A stretch of 64,000 nucleotides of DNA from Octopus bimaculoides (lineage: Eukaryota), in NCBI RefSeq assembly GCF_001194135.2, contig NC_068989.1:90461069-90525068 (forward strand), read 5' to 3'. The notes under the pieces were generated by a model that saw only the letters and a program-made list of their open reading frames with translations, was not told where the DNA came from and searched no databases. The position numbers and the translations under genes were made by a program. This document shows positions 40,613-52,035 of this stretch, piece by piece; the first letter of the stretch is position 1, and every line of letters begins with the position of its first letter.

Positions 40613-41245
40613 GTATATGAGTATTTGTATATATGTACTGGCTGGTCTATTTTTGTCTGTAGATGTGATAACATGTAATATGAGACTACAAGCCCATAAT
40701 GAAATTAAGGAACACAGCCAGCACAAACTTCTGCTGGCTTTTTGAAAATATATTTTATCTGTGTCTCTGTACACAAATACATATGCACACATACACATGC
40801 ATGTTTGTGTGCATGTATACATCCGCATGTTATACCCTCAGAGCAGCCAAAGCCCTGTGAGTGGATTTAATAGAAGGAAACTGAAAGAATCCCATTGTAT
40901 GAAGAAGGCCTGGTGTAAAGAGGGCATGTCATTGATGAGGTCATGAATGGTGATGAAAGGACTTTGACAAATGTAGCTGATTGATTGGTCAAACAATTAA
41001 AATAAAAAATTCTATTAGTTAATTGATGAAATATTAACCAATTGATTAATAATCCTTTCTCCTATAGGCACAAGGCCTGAAATTTTTGGGGAAGGGACCA
41101 GTTGATTACATTGACCCCAGTGTTTAACTTTAGTGCTCTTCCATGTTCGAATTTGTTAGGTGAACACACATTGTTGAGATGTTTTACAGCCATTTGTCTT
41201 TAATCTAATAAGTTTCCCTTAATCGAGTTTTCTGTTTTCTTTCAG

Positions 41246-41497
41246 CTTGCAGCTTTTCAGAAGAAGAAAATAAAGAAAAAGAAGAAGAACGAGGCGAATA
41301 GCGAAGGTGTTAGTGGTGGTGTAGAGGAAGAATGTTTGAAAGAAAATCCGAATGTGAGCCACAGTGAGGAGCAGCTCTTAGCGGCTGCTCCCACTACCTC
41401 CGTCCATACAGATGAAGATGTACTGCCAACAGACAGTTCTGTGCTTCCATCTCCAGTCTTTGACACATCAACAACAACAACATTGGGTCTCTCTCAG
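41246..41497 (+). CDS. AKAP9: AKAP9/pericentrin-like coiled-coil protein, internal exon A (probably coding exon 2)
   Basis: Acceptor ttttctttcag, donor CAG|gtaagg, 252 nt, phase 0/0. Reads LAAFQKKKIKKKKKNEANSEG...LGLSQ, recalling the AKAP9 N-terminal LAQFRQRK...KKQKKKRK segment (comparison from memory). Confidence 0.8.
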
Positions 41498-42029
41498 GTA
41501 AGGAATTCAGTTATATTGTTCTGCTCATAAGGCGACAAGCTAGCAGAATGGTTAGCATGTCGGGCAGAATGCTTTGCAACGTTTTGTCTATCCTTCATGT
41601 TCTGAGCTCAAATTCCGCTGAGGTCAACTTTGCCCTTCATCCTTTTGGGGGTCAATAAAATGAATATTCATTGAATACTCAGGCCAGTGTACTGGGTGCT
41701 TGTGACATGGCACCAGCACCAGTGCTTTGTCTGTGGCACCAACACGAGCCTGTTTGAACATACAGCAGGCAGAATATTTTGGTCAGATATGGCCAATTTA
41801 AATGATGATGATGATGGTGATGGGTGTGTGTGTAGAATATTTAATCCTTAGTTGCTGAACCATAACTTCTTTAGGACCTGTCACTTTCTGGAATCTATAT
41901 GTATGTGTTTATATGCACCCTTTTCTAGACATCACCTGATGGTTGTAAACAATCACCAGCATAAGACAGGCAAAGTTGTTTGTTTACCATCTTCCATGAA
42001 AAGCTAGTCAAGCTATGAGAAAATATTGT

Positions 42030-43310
42030 ATTGAGTCAAAACTTTGCAATATTTGGTAATTTATTTAATTTATGCACCAAGTTACAACAGAAACAGCCCA
42101 GTATTGAAAATAGGGGCCATTGTGTTGCACCATTTGAAGCCAGCTCCCTACTATTTCTTCGATCTTATGTTGCCACCAGTTCTTGTCTTTCAAGACGAGA
42201 GAAACTCCTTCACTGAAGGTGGCGAGCTGGCAGAATCGTTAGCACGCCGGGCGAAATGCTTAGCGGTTTTTCGTCTGTCTTTACGTTCTGAGTTCAAATT
42301 CCGCCGAGGTCGACTTTGCCTTTCATCCTTTTGGGGTTGATAAATTAAGTACCAGTTACGCACTGGGGTCGATGTAATCGAGTTAATCCCTTTGTCTGTC
42401 CTTGTTTGGCCCCTCTATGTTTAGCCCCTTGTGGGCAATAAAGAAATAAGAAACTCCTTCACTGAAGCATTCACTTCCTCTTGGTTGATGAAGCACTGCA
42501 GGCACAGGATTTGAGCCATGAATAATCCGAGGGAGATATTTTTCTGCAATTTTAATGTCCATAAGCAGTGGTTCGGGAAGGCTCAGCTTCTGGAACCCGT
42601 CACCAAATATAGGTGTTTCGAACACAAGGGGATGCTCTACATTGGTGAAATTATGAGGGGGATGACCTGCTACGAGTTCGTTAATAACCAACTTGTACTC
42701 TGAACAGCTGGAATGGGTGTATGCCATTGTGCAGCAAAAATACCTGGCATTGGTTAACAGAAAACAGGGTCTTTTGCAGCAAGACATTGCAAGACCTCAT
42801 ACTCTTCAAACAACTCAAACAATTGGAGGGAATTGAATAAAAGAATAACAGAAAAAAGAAAAAAGGTGAAAGACAAAATGCGCTCAACACCAGAGCTGAA
42901 GACACTTCCAAAAGATGGGGGACCGCCATATCGAAAATGGTAGAGGAGTAGGGGCTGAAACCGGATGTGGTTCCTCCTGATGATATCCTTAGCCACTGGA
43001 TCCTATAAAGGAGCTGTTGAGGTAGTGAACCATGAAACGTGGTTGGAATTCCTTGTTTTGATCCATGGCTCAACTCCTTCACTTGCGATGCTTCATCAAC
43101 CAAGAAGAGGTGGAAGCTTCAGTGAAGAAGTTCTTCATCTTGAAGGACAATAACTGGTATCAGCGTGGAGTCAAAGAATGGACAGATAGTTGGCTTTAGA
43201 TGGTGGAACACAGAGGCTTCTACTTTGAATGCTTGGCTGCTTTTGTTGTAACTTGACGAATAAAGTAATTAAGTTAGCAAAATATGGCAAAACTTTTGAC
43301 TCAACATGAA
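42030..43310. mobile_element. Rearranged mariner: + strand DDD-region-to-3' end (about 42530-43310) fused to an inverted second 3' end (about 42030-42530)
   Basis: + strand motifs KQWFGKAQ, ML.IW.NYEG, SEQLE...LVNRKQGLLQQDIARPHT and LF.SMAQ...EEVEASVKKFF...WYQRG...GFYF. TIR-like caaaacttttgactcaa at 43288-43304 and ttgagtcaaaactttg at 42031-42046. Confidence 0.78.
42219..42448 (+). mobile_element. Young SINE family 2 insertion with 19-bp TSD
   Basis: TSD agaaactccttcactgaag at 42200-42218 and 42449-42467; CpGs intact. Confidence 0.92.
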
Positions 43311-44335
43311 ATCACCTAATTTGGAAATTGGAAACAGGTGAAGATTGGCAACAAGAAGGGCATCTGGCAAGTGAAAATCTGCCTCAGCAAATTCCATCTA
43401 ACCAATGCCAGCATGTGAAAGCAGACGTTAAATGATGATGGTGAATGTTAAGGAGAGAAGTAGATGATATTTTATTGTTAGACAACTGCTTCCCCATTTT
43501 TCTTAAAAAAAAAAGAATTCCTTTACGTTTATCAAATACAACTTTACCAACGTAATTTTGAAAATATCTAATTACAGAGTGATATTTCCGGTGCAAGTGG
43601 AGACNNNNNNNNNNNNNNNNNNNNNNNNNNNNNNNNNNNNNNNNNTAGATGATATTTTATTGTTAGACAACTGCTTCCCCATTTTTCTTAAAAAAAAAAG
43701 AATTCCTTTACGTTTATCAAATACAACTTTACCAACGTAATTTTGAAAATATCTAATTACAGAGTGATATTTCCGGTGCAAGTGGAGACCATGAAAGTTC
43801 GTTAGAGGTGAGTATTTGCAGGTGATCAAATCAATTAATACATATCTGTTTTACTGGAAACAAGGAGTATTTTCCTCACGAGGAACATATTTTTCTGTAA
43901 AGGAATATTTCTAACTAGGAGTATTTCCTGTAAAGTGGTTGGCCTTAGGAAGGGCATCCAGTCGTAAAAACCATGCTGAAGCCAACAGTGGAACTTGGTA
44001 CAGTCCTCTGGCTTGCCAGCTCTTGTCAAACTGTCCAACCCATGCCAGCATGGAAAACGGACATTAAATGATGATAATGATAGAGAAGCTGGTTCATGTG
44101 TCGTTCAGGTGTCTATTTTTAGGTGTTTGTTTGTGGAAAACCAGCTTTGTGTGTGTGTGTGTGTGTGTGTGTGTTGTATTTATTATTAACTCTGTGTACG
44201 TTTCTTAGAATACCCATGTTTCTTTGTTTGTGTGTTTCTTTGTGTCCGCTACATCAAGTGGGTGTTTGTGTGTGAATCATAGTTTAGAATGGATGTTTGT
44301 GTACATTTATTTGTATGCTTTTGTTTGTGTATAGA

Positions 44336-44367
<32 letters not shown>

Positions 44368-44440
44368 TTTTTATCCATGTTCATGATAGGATTTTTTTTT
44401 TTTTGGCTGTTTGTGTGTATTTACTTGCATGTGTGTATGT

Positions 44441-44476
<36 letters not shown>

Positions 44477-44569
44477 TAGTTTTGCATCAAGTTGGTGGTT
44501 ATTGTGTTAAGTTTTATAACCAGAAATCACCAACACTACCACTATTTTGTTTCACATACAAGTTACTGA

Positions 44570-45120
44570 TTTACTACTACTGCTACTGCCACCACCACCA
44601 CCACCACCTAATAATGCTACTGCTGCTACTACTACTACTACTACTTCTACTACTACCACCACTACTATCTCCATCACTGCTACTACTACTACCACCACCA
44701 TGACTATTACAACTTCTACTACTATCAGCATCATCATCATCATCGTTTAACATCTGTTTTCCATGCTGGCATGGGTTTACTACTCTCACCACCACCACCA
44801 CCACCACCACCATCACTATTATTACAACTTCTACTACTGCTCTACTACTACCACCACCATCATCACTACTACTACTGCTGCTGCCACCACCACCACCACC
44901 ACCACCATTACTACTACCACCACTATCACTGCTGCTGTCATTGCCACTACTACTACTATTACCACCACTACTAATACTACTGCCATCACCACCACCACTA
45001 CTGTTACTACATTGTGTGCTTTACATGTTAGTTACTGCTGCTGTGCTACCATAACTACTACTACTACTATGTTTGCTTTACATGTTACAGTTACTACTAC
45101 TACTACTACTACTACTACTA
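44570..45120. repeat. Complex (ACT/ACC/ATC)n trinucleotide tract
   Basis: About 550 bp of mixed triplets ending about 25 nt before the exon B acceptor. Confidence 0.9.
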
Positions 45121-45145
45121 GTCTGAACCCTTTTTTGTCTTTCAG

Positions 45146-45343
45146 GAGCCTGAACGCCAGCAGCTGTTTGAAACTGCTCAGCTGGAGTTGCGGGAGGCGA
45201 GCAGCAAAATCTGCAAACTGGAAGAATCTGTCATTGGCAAACAGAGGGCTGTCGAGCGACTGGTGGCTGAGATCAACTCTCTAAGAGCAGAAAATGAGAT
45301 GCTGAAGAAGCAATCTTTAGGAAACGGTCCGTCACAAGATCTG
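45146..45343 (+). CDS. AKAP9: AKAP9/pericentrin-like, exon B
   Basis: Acceptor ttttgtctttcag, donor CTG|gtaata, 198 nt, phase 0/0. EPERQQLFETAQLELRE...LEESVIGKQRAVERLVAEINSLR resembles AKAP9 ELAGKQHEIEELNRELEEMR. Confidence 0.85.
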
Positions 45344-45737
45344 GTAATAGAATTTGTTATGTGTTCTGTGGCTGTGTGGTAAGGAAGCATGCTTCCCAAC
45401 CGTATGGTTCTGGGCTCAGTCCTGCTGCGTGGCACCTTGGGCAAGTGCCTTCTACTATAGCCTCGGGCCGATTGATCAATGCCTTGTGAGTGGATTGGGT
45501 AGACGGAAACTGAAAGAAGCCCGTCATATATGTGTCTGTGTTTGTTCTCCACCATTGCTTGATAACTGTTGTTTGTTTGTTTAAGTCCCTGTAATTTAGT
45601 GGTTTGGCGAAAGAGATTGATAAGATAAGTGCAAGGTTTAAAAGAAGAATAATTACTGGAATCGATTCATCTGACTGAAAATTGATCAAGCCGGAGCCCC
45701 AGCATGGCCGCAGTCAAATGACTGAAACAAATAAAAG

Positions 45738-45776
<39 letters not shown>

Positions 45777-45819
45777 GATTTTTAAACTTTTAAAATTATT
45801 ATATATATATATATATATA

Positions 45820-46260
45820 TCATCATCATCATCATCATTTAATATTCGCTTTCCATGCTAGCATGGGTTGGACAATTTGATTGAGGACTGGCGAACCAGA
45901 TGGCTGCACCAGGCTCCAATCTGATCTGGCAGAGTTTCTACAGTTGAATGCCCTTCCTAACGCCAACCACTCCGAGAGTGTAGTGGGTGCTTTTATGTGT
46001 CACCGGCACAAAGGCCAGTCAGGCGCTACTGGCAACGGCAACACTCAAATGGTGTTTTTTACGTGCCACCTGCACAGGAGCCAGTCCAGCGGCACTGGCA
46101 ACAACCTCGCTCGAATGTTTTTTCACAAGTGCCAGTAAGGCGATGCTGGTAACAATCACGCTCAAATGGCGCTTTTTAAATGCCACCGGCATGGAAGCCA
46201 GACAGCTGCTCCGGCAATGATCACACTTGGATGGTGCACGAGTGCCAGTCATCGAATTTG
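45820..46260 (-). mobile_element. RTE LINE 3' UTR and tail copy
   Basis: Same TGGCGTTAGGAAGGGCATCCAGCTGTAGAAA...CCATGCTAGCATGGAA..AAACGATGATG end as 19894-20110. Similar ends at 22250-22600, 47190-47630, 58165-58440 and 63828-64000, among others. Confidence 0.8.
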
Positions 46261-48304
46261 GTTCAATTTCGATTTCAATTTCAATTTCACCGGTCTTCCG
46301 AGGCATATATATATGTATATATATACACACACTTTTTTTTTGTCTTGTAAGTATTTGGTGACCTTGTCAGTGCAGGTGCTACTTAAAAGCATCCAGTCTA
46401 CACTGTAAAGTGGTTGGTGTTGGGAAGGGCATTCAGCTGTAAAAACCTTATCAAAACTGACCTCGCTTGTGCTTCTGCCATGTGAAAAGTACTCAGTTCA
46501 CTCTGTTGAGTGGTTGGTGTTAGGAAGGGCATCCAGCTGTAAAGAATCCTGCCAAAACAGTCACAGAAGTCTGGGTTAGGCTTCTGCCTTGCCAGCTTCT
46601 GGCGAACCATCCCACCCATGCCAGCATGGAAGGCGAATGATAATGATACTCATGCGCACATACACACACACTGAGTACCAAATCCAGTTACAAGGTTTTT
46701 GTTGGCCTGGGGCAACTTGCCTAAAGTAGCATGCTGTAGGCCTGAACTTGGAACCATATAATTGGGAAACAAATTTCTTACACATAGCCAAGCCTCTGCC
46801 TATTATCTTTCTGTCTATCTTTGTCTGTCTGTCTGTCTGTCTCTCTCTCTATAAATTGCTCTGGTAATTTTGGTTTATATTCTATAACTCTTGTAGAAAC
46901 ATATGGTCTTATATTTTACAACTGAAGTATTGCAATTTAGTTGAGTAACACATTGCTTTTAGGCTGTCAGAATCACACCATCTTATGTTTCAGCCCCCAA
47001 ATTATTTTACAGTAAAGAGGGTCTCTCTCTCTTGCTTCCTCTCCCATATATATATATGTAAAAATAAAAAGCATATACCCCATGGTGTGTTATGTAATTA
47101 TTTCCCTATACAACATATTACCAAAACTATATCATTCAAAAGTCTTACCAGAGTAGTGACTGATTGTTTATATATATATATATATATATAGGTTGTTGCC
47201 AGTGCCGCTGGACTGGCTCCCGTGCAGGTGGCACATAAAAAACACCTTTTGGGCGTGGCTGTTGCCAGTACCGTGTGACTGGCCCTTGTGCCGGTGGCAC
47301 ATAAAAGCACCCACTACACTCTCGGAGTGGTTGGCATTAGGAAGGGCATCCAGCTGTAGAAACATTGTCTGATCAGATTGGAGCCTGGTGCAGCCTTCCT
47401 AACGCCAACCACTCCGAGAGTGTAGTGGGTGCTTTTTACATGCCACCTGCATAGGAGCCAGTCAGATGGACCTGGTAGCGATCACATTCAGATAGTGCTT
47501 TTTACGTGCCACCGGCACGGGGGCCAGTAAAGGGGTACTGGCATCGGCCACGTTCGGATGGTGCTTTTCCCGTGCTCCTGGCATGGGAGCCAGTCAGGCA
47601 GACCTGGCATCAACGGCAGTCCTGGCACCGTTGGTATATTTTCATTTTTATTTGTATTTTTATCTTTTCTTGTAGTTATATTTGCATCTTTTATTTTGTT
47701 ATATTTCAGAATGCTCTTGATCCCGCCAGCAAATTTGAACCTGGACATCAACGAGATTTGTCCCTACGGGTAGGTCATGTATATTTTAAGACAGAGCCAT
47801 TGTTACTTTTCTAATTGTATCACCTGTATCTTTCCTGTTACAAACCCTCCTCTTCATTGTTGTGTGCCCAGTCAAAAGAAATAGTCTGTTATTATTGTCA
47901 TCATCATCAGTGGTGTTGCTACTTGTGGTGGATTGGTGTAGGCATGGCTGTGTGGTAGGAAGTTTGCCTCTTAGCCACACGGCTTTAGGTTCAGTCCCAC
48001 TCTGTTGCCATGGGTCCTTGGGCAAGTGTCTTTTACTAGCCCCAGGCTGACCAAAGCCTTGAGAGTGGATTTGGTAGATGTAAATTGAAAGGAGCCATTT
48101 GTATGTTATATAAATTTTTATTCTTTTATTTGTTTCAGTCATTTGACTGTGGCCATGCTGGAGCACCGCCTCTAGTCGAGCAAATCGACCCCAGAGCTTA
48201 CTCTTTGTAAGCGTAGAACTTATTCTATCTGTCTCTTTTGCTGAACCACTAAGTTACGGGGATGTAAACACACCAACATCAGTTGTCACGTGATGGTGGA
48301 GGGA

Positions 48305-48346
<42 letters not shown>

Positions 48347-48699
48347 NNNNNNNNNNNNNNNNNNNNNNNNNNNNNNNNNNNNNNNNNNNNNNNNNNNNNN
48401 NNNNNNNNNNNNNNNNNNNNNNNNNNNNNNNNNNNNNNNNNNNNNNNNNNNNNNNNNNNNNNNNNNNNNNNNNNNNNNNNNNNNNNNNNNNNNNNNNNNN
48501 NNNNNNNNNNNNNNNNNNNNNNNNNNNNNNNNNNNNNNNNNNNNNNNNNNNNNNNNNNNNNNNNNNNNNNNNNNNNNNNNNNNNNNNNNNNNNNNNNNNN
48601 NNNNNNNNNNNNNNNNNNNNNNNNNNNNNNNNNNNNNNNNNNNNNNNNNNNNNNNNNNNNNNNNNTTCCTCATCTTGTTATCCCACTGATTGTCTCCAG

Positions 48700-48873
48700 A
48701 TTCAGGAACTCGAAAATGCTATCCTAAAGCGAGATGAACTTCTGCGCCAGCTGACATCGCGCTTGCAGATGTCATTTCAGGAGAACACCGAGAGAGGATT
48801 GCAGCAGGCTTGCTCAGTTGAAACCCAAAAATTGGCGCAGCATGTCCAGTTATTACAACTGCAATTGCAACAG
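48700..48873 (+). CDS. AKAP9: AKAP9/pericentrin-like, exon C
   Basis: Acceptor tgtctccag, donor CAG|gtgact, 174 nt, phase 0/0. IQELENAILKRDELLRQLTSRLQ resembles AKAP9 LQEFEAAIKQRDGIITQLTANLQ. Confidence 0.88.
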
Positions 48874-49235
48874 GTGACTTAACAACTTTCTAATTTTTTT
48901 TTATTTGGTACACGTGTGTGTGGGGTGGGGGGTGGGGGTGGAATCTTATTGGGAATTATTGCTGCTTTGATTTAAGAGAAGTGTTCTTGGTTTAGACTGG
49001 GCCCAATACAGGATATTTAATATATAGACTAACGAACTGGCAGTCATTAGTATGCCAGGTAAAATGTTTAGCAGCATTTTGTGTGTCTCCGTTCTGGGTT
49101 CAAGCCCCTCCAAGGTCAACTGTGTCATCTATCCATTTGGGGTTGTTAAAATAAATACCAGTTGAGCATTGGGGGTCAGTGTAATTGCCTTACCTCCTCT
49201 CTCAAAAAGGTAAGGCAATTACACTGACCCCCCAA

Positions 49236-49400
49236 CGTCTCTGAATAATTATGTACATTATTTACATTCAACAGATATTTGTCCTCATCTTGTTTGTTGT
49301 TAACACAACGTTTCGACTGATATAACCTCCAGCCTTCATCAGGTGCCTTGGGGAAATTTCGAACCTGGGTTCTCATTCCTAAGGTATTTTTCGTTGTTGT
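49236..49400 (-). mobile_element. Tail fragment of the hammerhead-bearing SINE (family C)
   Basis: Matches 57352-57520; contains the hammerhead at 49302-49347. Confidence 0.8.
49302..49347 (-). ncRNA. Minimal type I hammerhead (family C), intact core
   Basis: Minus strand: GGCAC CTGATGA A GGCTG gaggttatat CAGTC GAA ACGT T GTGTT. Confidence 0.7.
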
Positions 49401-49899
49401 TGTTGATCATAGCTGGAATGCCCTATTCAGGGTCAACACGGGGCTAAACAAACAAACAATTAGCCACGAATCACAGTTCCTTTGTTTCTTTCACTTGCCA
49501 GGCTTGGAGGAAGCAATATGAAATAAGTCATGGCCCCTTCCCTTCCATTCTGTTTTAAACTTAAAAAAAAAAAAGAATGTATTATCTGTCATTCTTCCTC
49601 GTTGTCCTTCTTCATCTAAACTCATTCCTGTTTCTCTTTCGTATGAACAAGTTCCTTCGATCAGCTGTCAATTTTATCAGGGGAGATAACTATGTTAACA
49701 CCTCAGTAACAACATTCGAAACGTGACATTTAAAATTTTCTCTCATCTTATTCACATTGGAGCACCTTATTCTTCATTTCACACTTAAAATTTTTTATTC
49801 TTTTTGCGTTTGTTTTCATTTTTTTTTTTACTCATTTAAATTTTTCTTCATTTGTCTTAATTTTTCTTTTATTATTTTTCTCTTCCTTTTTCCATCTAG

Positions 49900-50238
49900 G
49901 CTGGTGAAAAGCTGAATGGACAGATGAAACAACACTCGGTGTCATCCCAGGCTCTGCAAGATGCCAAATGTGAGATTCTTAATCTTCACCAGCGGATCCA
50001 ACAGAAAGACGAAATGATGTCCCAGCTGACTCAAAAGCTGTCTCAAGTGAATAACAATTATGCTAGTCTACAGTCCACGATGGCCTTATCTGATCAACAA
50101 TCTACAGACTACAACCAGCTGTTGACTGAACTCAACATCTTGCAGGAACAGTCGAACACTCTGTCACTTCACCTCAACGAAGAGAAGGCTAAGAATTCCC
50201 AACTTGAGAAACGTCTAATGCAAGTTCTTCAACCAAAT
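49900..50238 (+). CDS. AKAP9: AKAP9/pericentrin-like, exon D
   Basis: Long pyrimidine tract ending ccatctag, donor AAT|gtaggc, 339 nt, phase 0/0. Coiled-coil AGEKLNGQMKQ...EKRLMQVLQPN. Confidence 0.82.
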
Positions 50239-51813
50239 GTAGGCATCACCACATTCCTGATTTTCTGGCTTTTATTGTTGTTGTTGTTGTTGTTGTTGAG
50301 CTTTGAGTTGCCTCCAATAAAGGTGCAGGTGTCGAAGATTTGATCAAAATGCGCATGAGTGGCTGTGTGGTAAGTACATTGCTTACCAACCACATGGTTC
50401 TGGGTTCAGTCCCACTGCATGGCACCTTGGGCAAGTGTCTTCTACTATAGCCTCGGGCCGACCAAAGCCTTGTGAGAGGATTTGGTAGACGGAAACTGAA
50501 AGAAGCCCATTGTATATGTGTATATATAGACATATATATGTATCATCATATATATAACTGAAGAATTAGAATTAATCAAAGGACATACTAAGATTTCTGT
50601 AGTTATTATCAGTGTATTTTGGTGATTTAAATAAGAGTTTTTGACTGTTATTTCTAGCAGGTATACATACTTAGTATGTCCTTTGGTTAATTTTAATCTT
50701 TCAGGTATTTAATGCTTTTTTTGTTTGAGTCTGCAACCACCTATATTATTGATTTTGTTATAATCATTTTTAAATTGTTACACTAGATAATAATAGAATC
50801 AATGATATCTTCACAAATATTTCCTCCTGAATTATTTTCTCTGTATTGAAATATATATTTGTGTGTGTGTATATGTTTGTGTCTGTGTTTGTCCCCCCAT
50901 CATCGCTTGACTGAATGGCTGAGACATCCAGACTACATGTTATCAAAGCAGTTTTTTGAAGATGCCATGATGTTATTGTGAGGATGCATGGGTGGTCCAG
51001 ATTACAAGATCATGGTTTCGGTTTCTAGACCAGGTTGTGTTTTGTGTTCCTTTGGGGTTGATAAATTAAGTACCAGTGAAATACTGGGGTTGATGTAATT
51101 GACTAGTCCCCCTCCCCTCTAATTTCAGGCTTTGTGCCTTTAGAAAGGATTATTATTGAGGGTGGTGAGCTGGTAGAATTGTTAGAACATTGGGAAGAAT
51201 GCTTGGCAGTATTTGTTTCAGCTCTTTATATTCAGAGTTCAAATCTAGCTGAGGTTGACTTTGCCTTTCATCCTTTTGGGGGTTGATAAAATAAGTATGA
51301 GCTGAGCATTAGGGGGGTCAATGTAATTGACTTACCCCCTTGTGCCAAAGTTTGAAATTATTATTATTAAGAACACCCACTACACTCTCGGAGTAGTTGG
51401 CATTAGGAAGGGCATCCAGCCATAGAAACCTTGCCAAATCAGATCGGAAGCTGGTGCAGCCCCTCCCCCCCACCAGTTTACCAGTTTTCAGTCAGACTGT
51501 CCAACCCATGCCAGCATGGAAAGCAGACGTTAAATGATGATGATGATGATGATGATGAGCTGGCAGAATTTTTAGGATACCAGACAAAATGCATAGTGAT
51601 ATTACACACTGTCTACGTTCTCTGAGTTCAAATTCAACCTTGGCCGACTTTGGCCTTTCCTCCTTTCGGTGTTGATGAAAGAAGTACCAGTCAAACACTG
51701 AAAGCAAGGTAATCAACTTATGCCCTCCCCTAAAATTGCTTGGTTTGTGTCAGAAATTTGAAATTCTTATTTATTTATTCATTTATTTATTTTTTTTCTG
51801 TTTTTTTTTCCAG

Positions 51814-52003
51814 GTTAATGAAAGTGCTAGCAGTGGAAGCCACTTGGAGTCTACAACAGAAGGAACTGTCGCAGAAATGGAATTGACCTCAGAGAATTTA
51901 CCGGAATATTTTCCTAGAAAGCAACTTGAAGAATTTCACAGACTAATTGAAAAATGTATATTTTTGTATCAATCAAGTGATAACACTAGTGACAATAGTA
52001 CTG

Positions 52004-52035
<32 letters not shown>

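Noticed and set aside
42950-43045. GAAAC and CTGATGA motifs in the insert within the mariner
   Set aside because: Order and spacing do not fit type I, II or III hammerhead topologies with pairable stems.
43462-43790. Identical 140-bp segments on both sides of a short N gap
   Set aside because: Same assembly overlap artefact.
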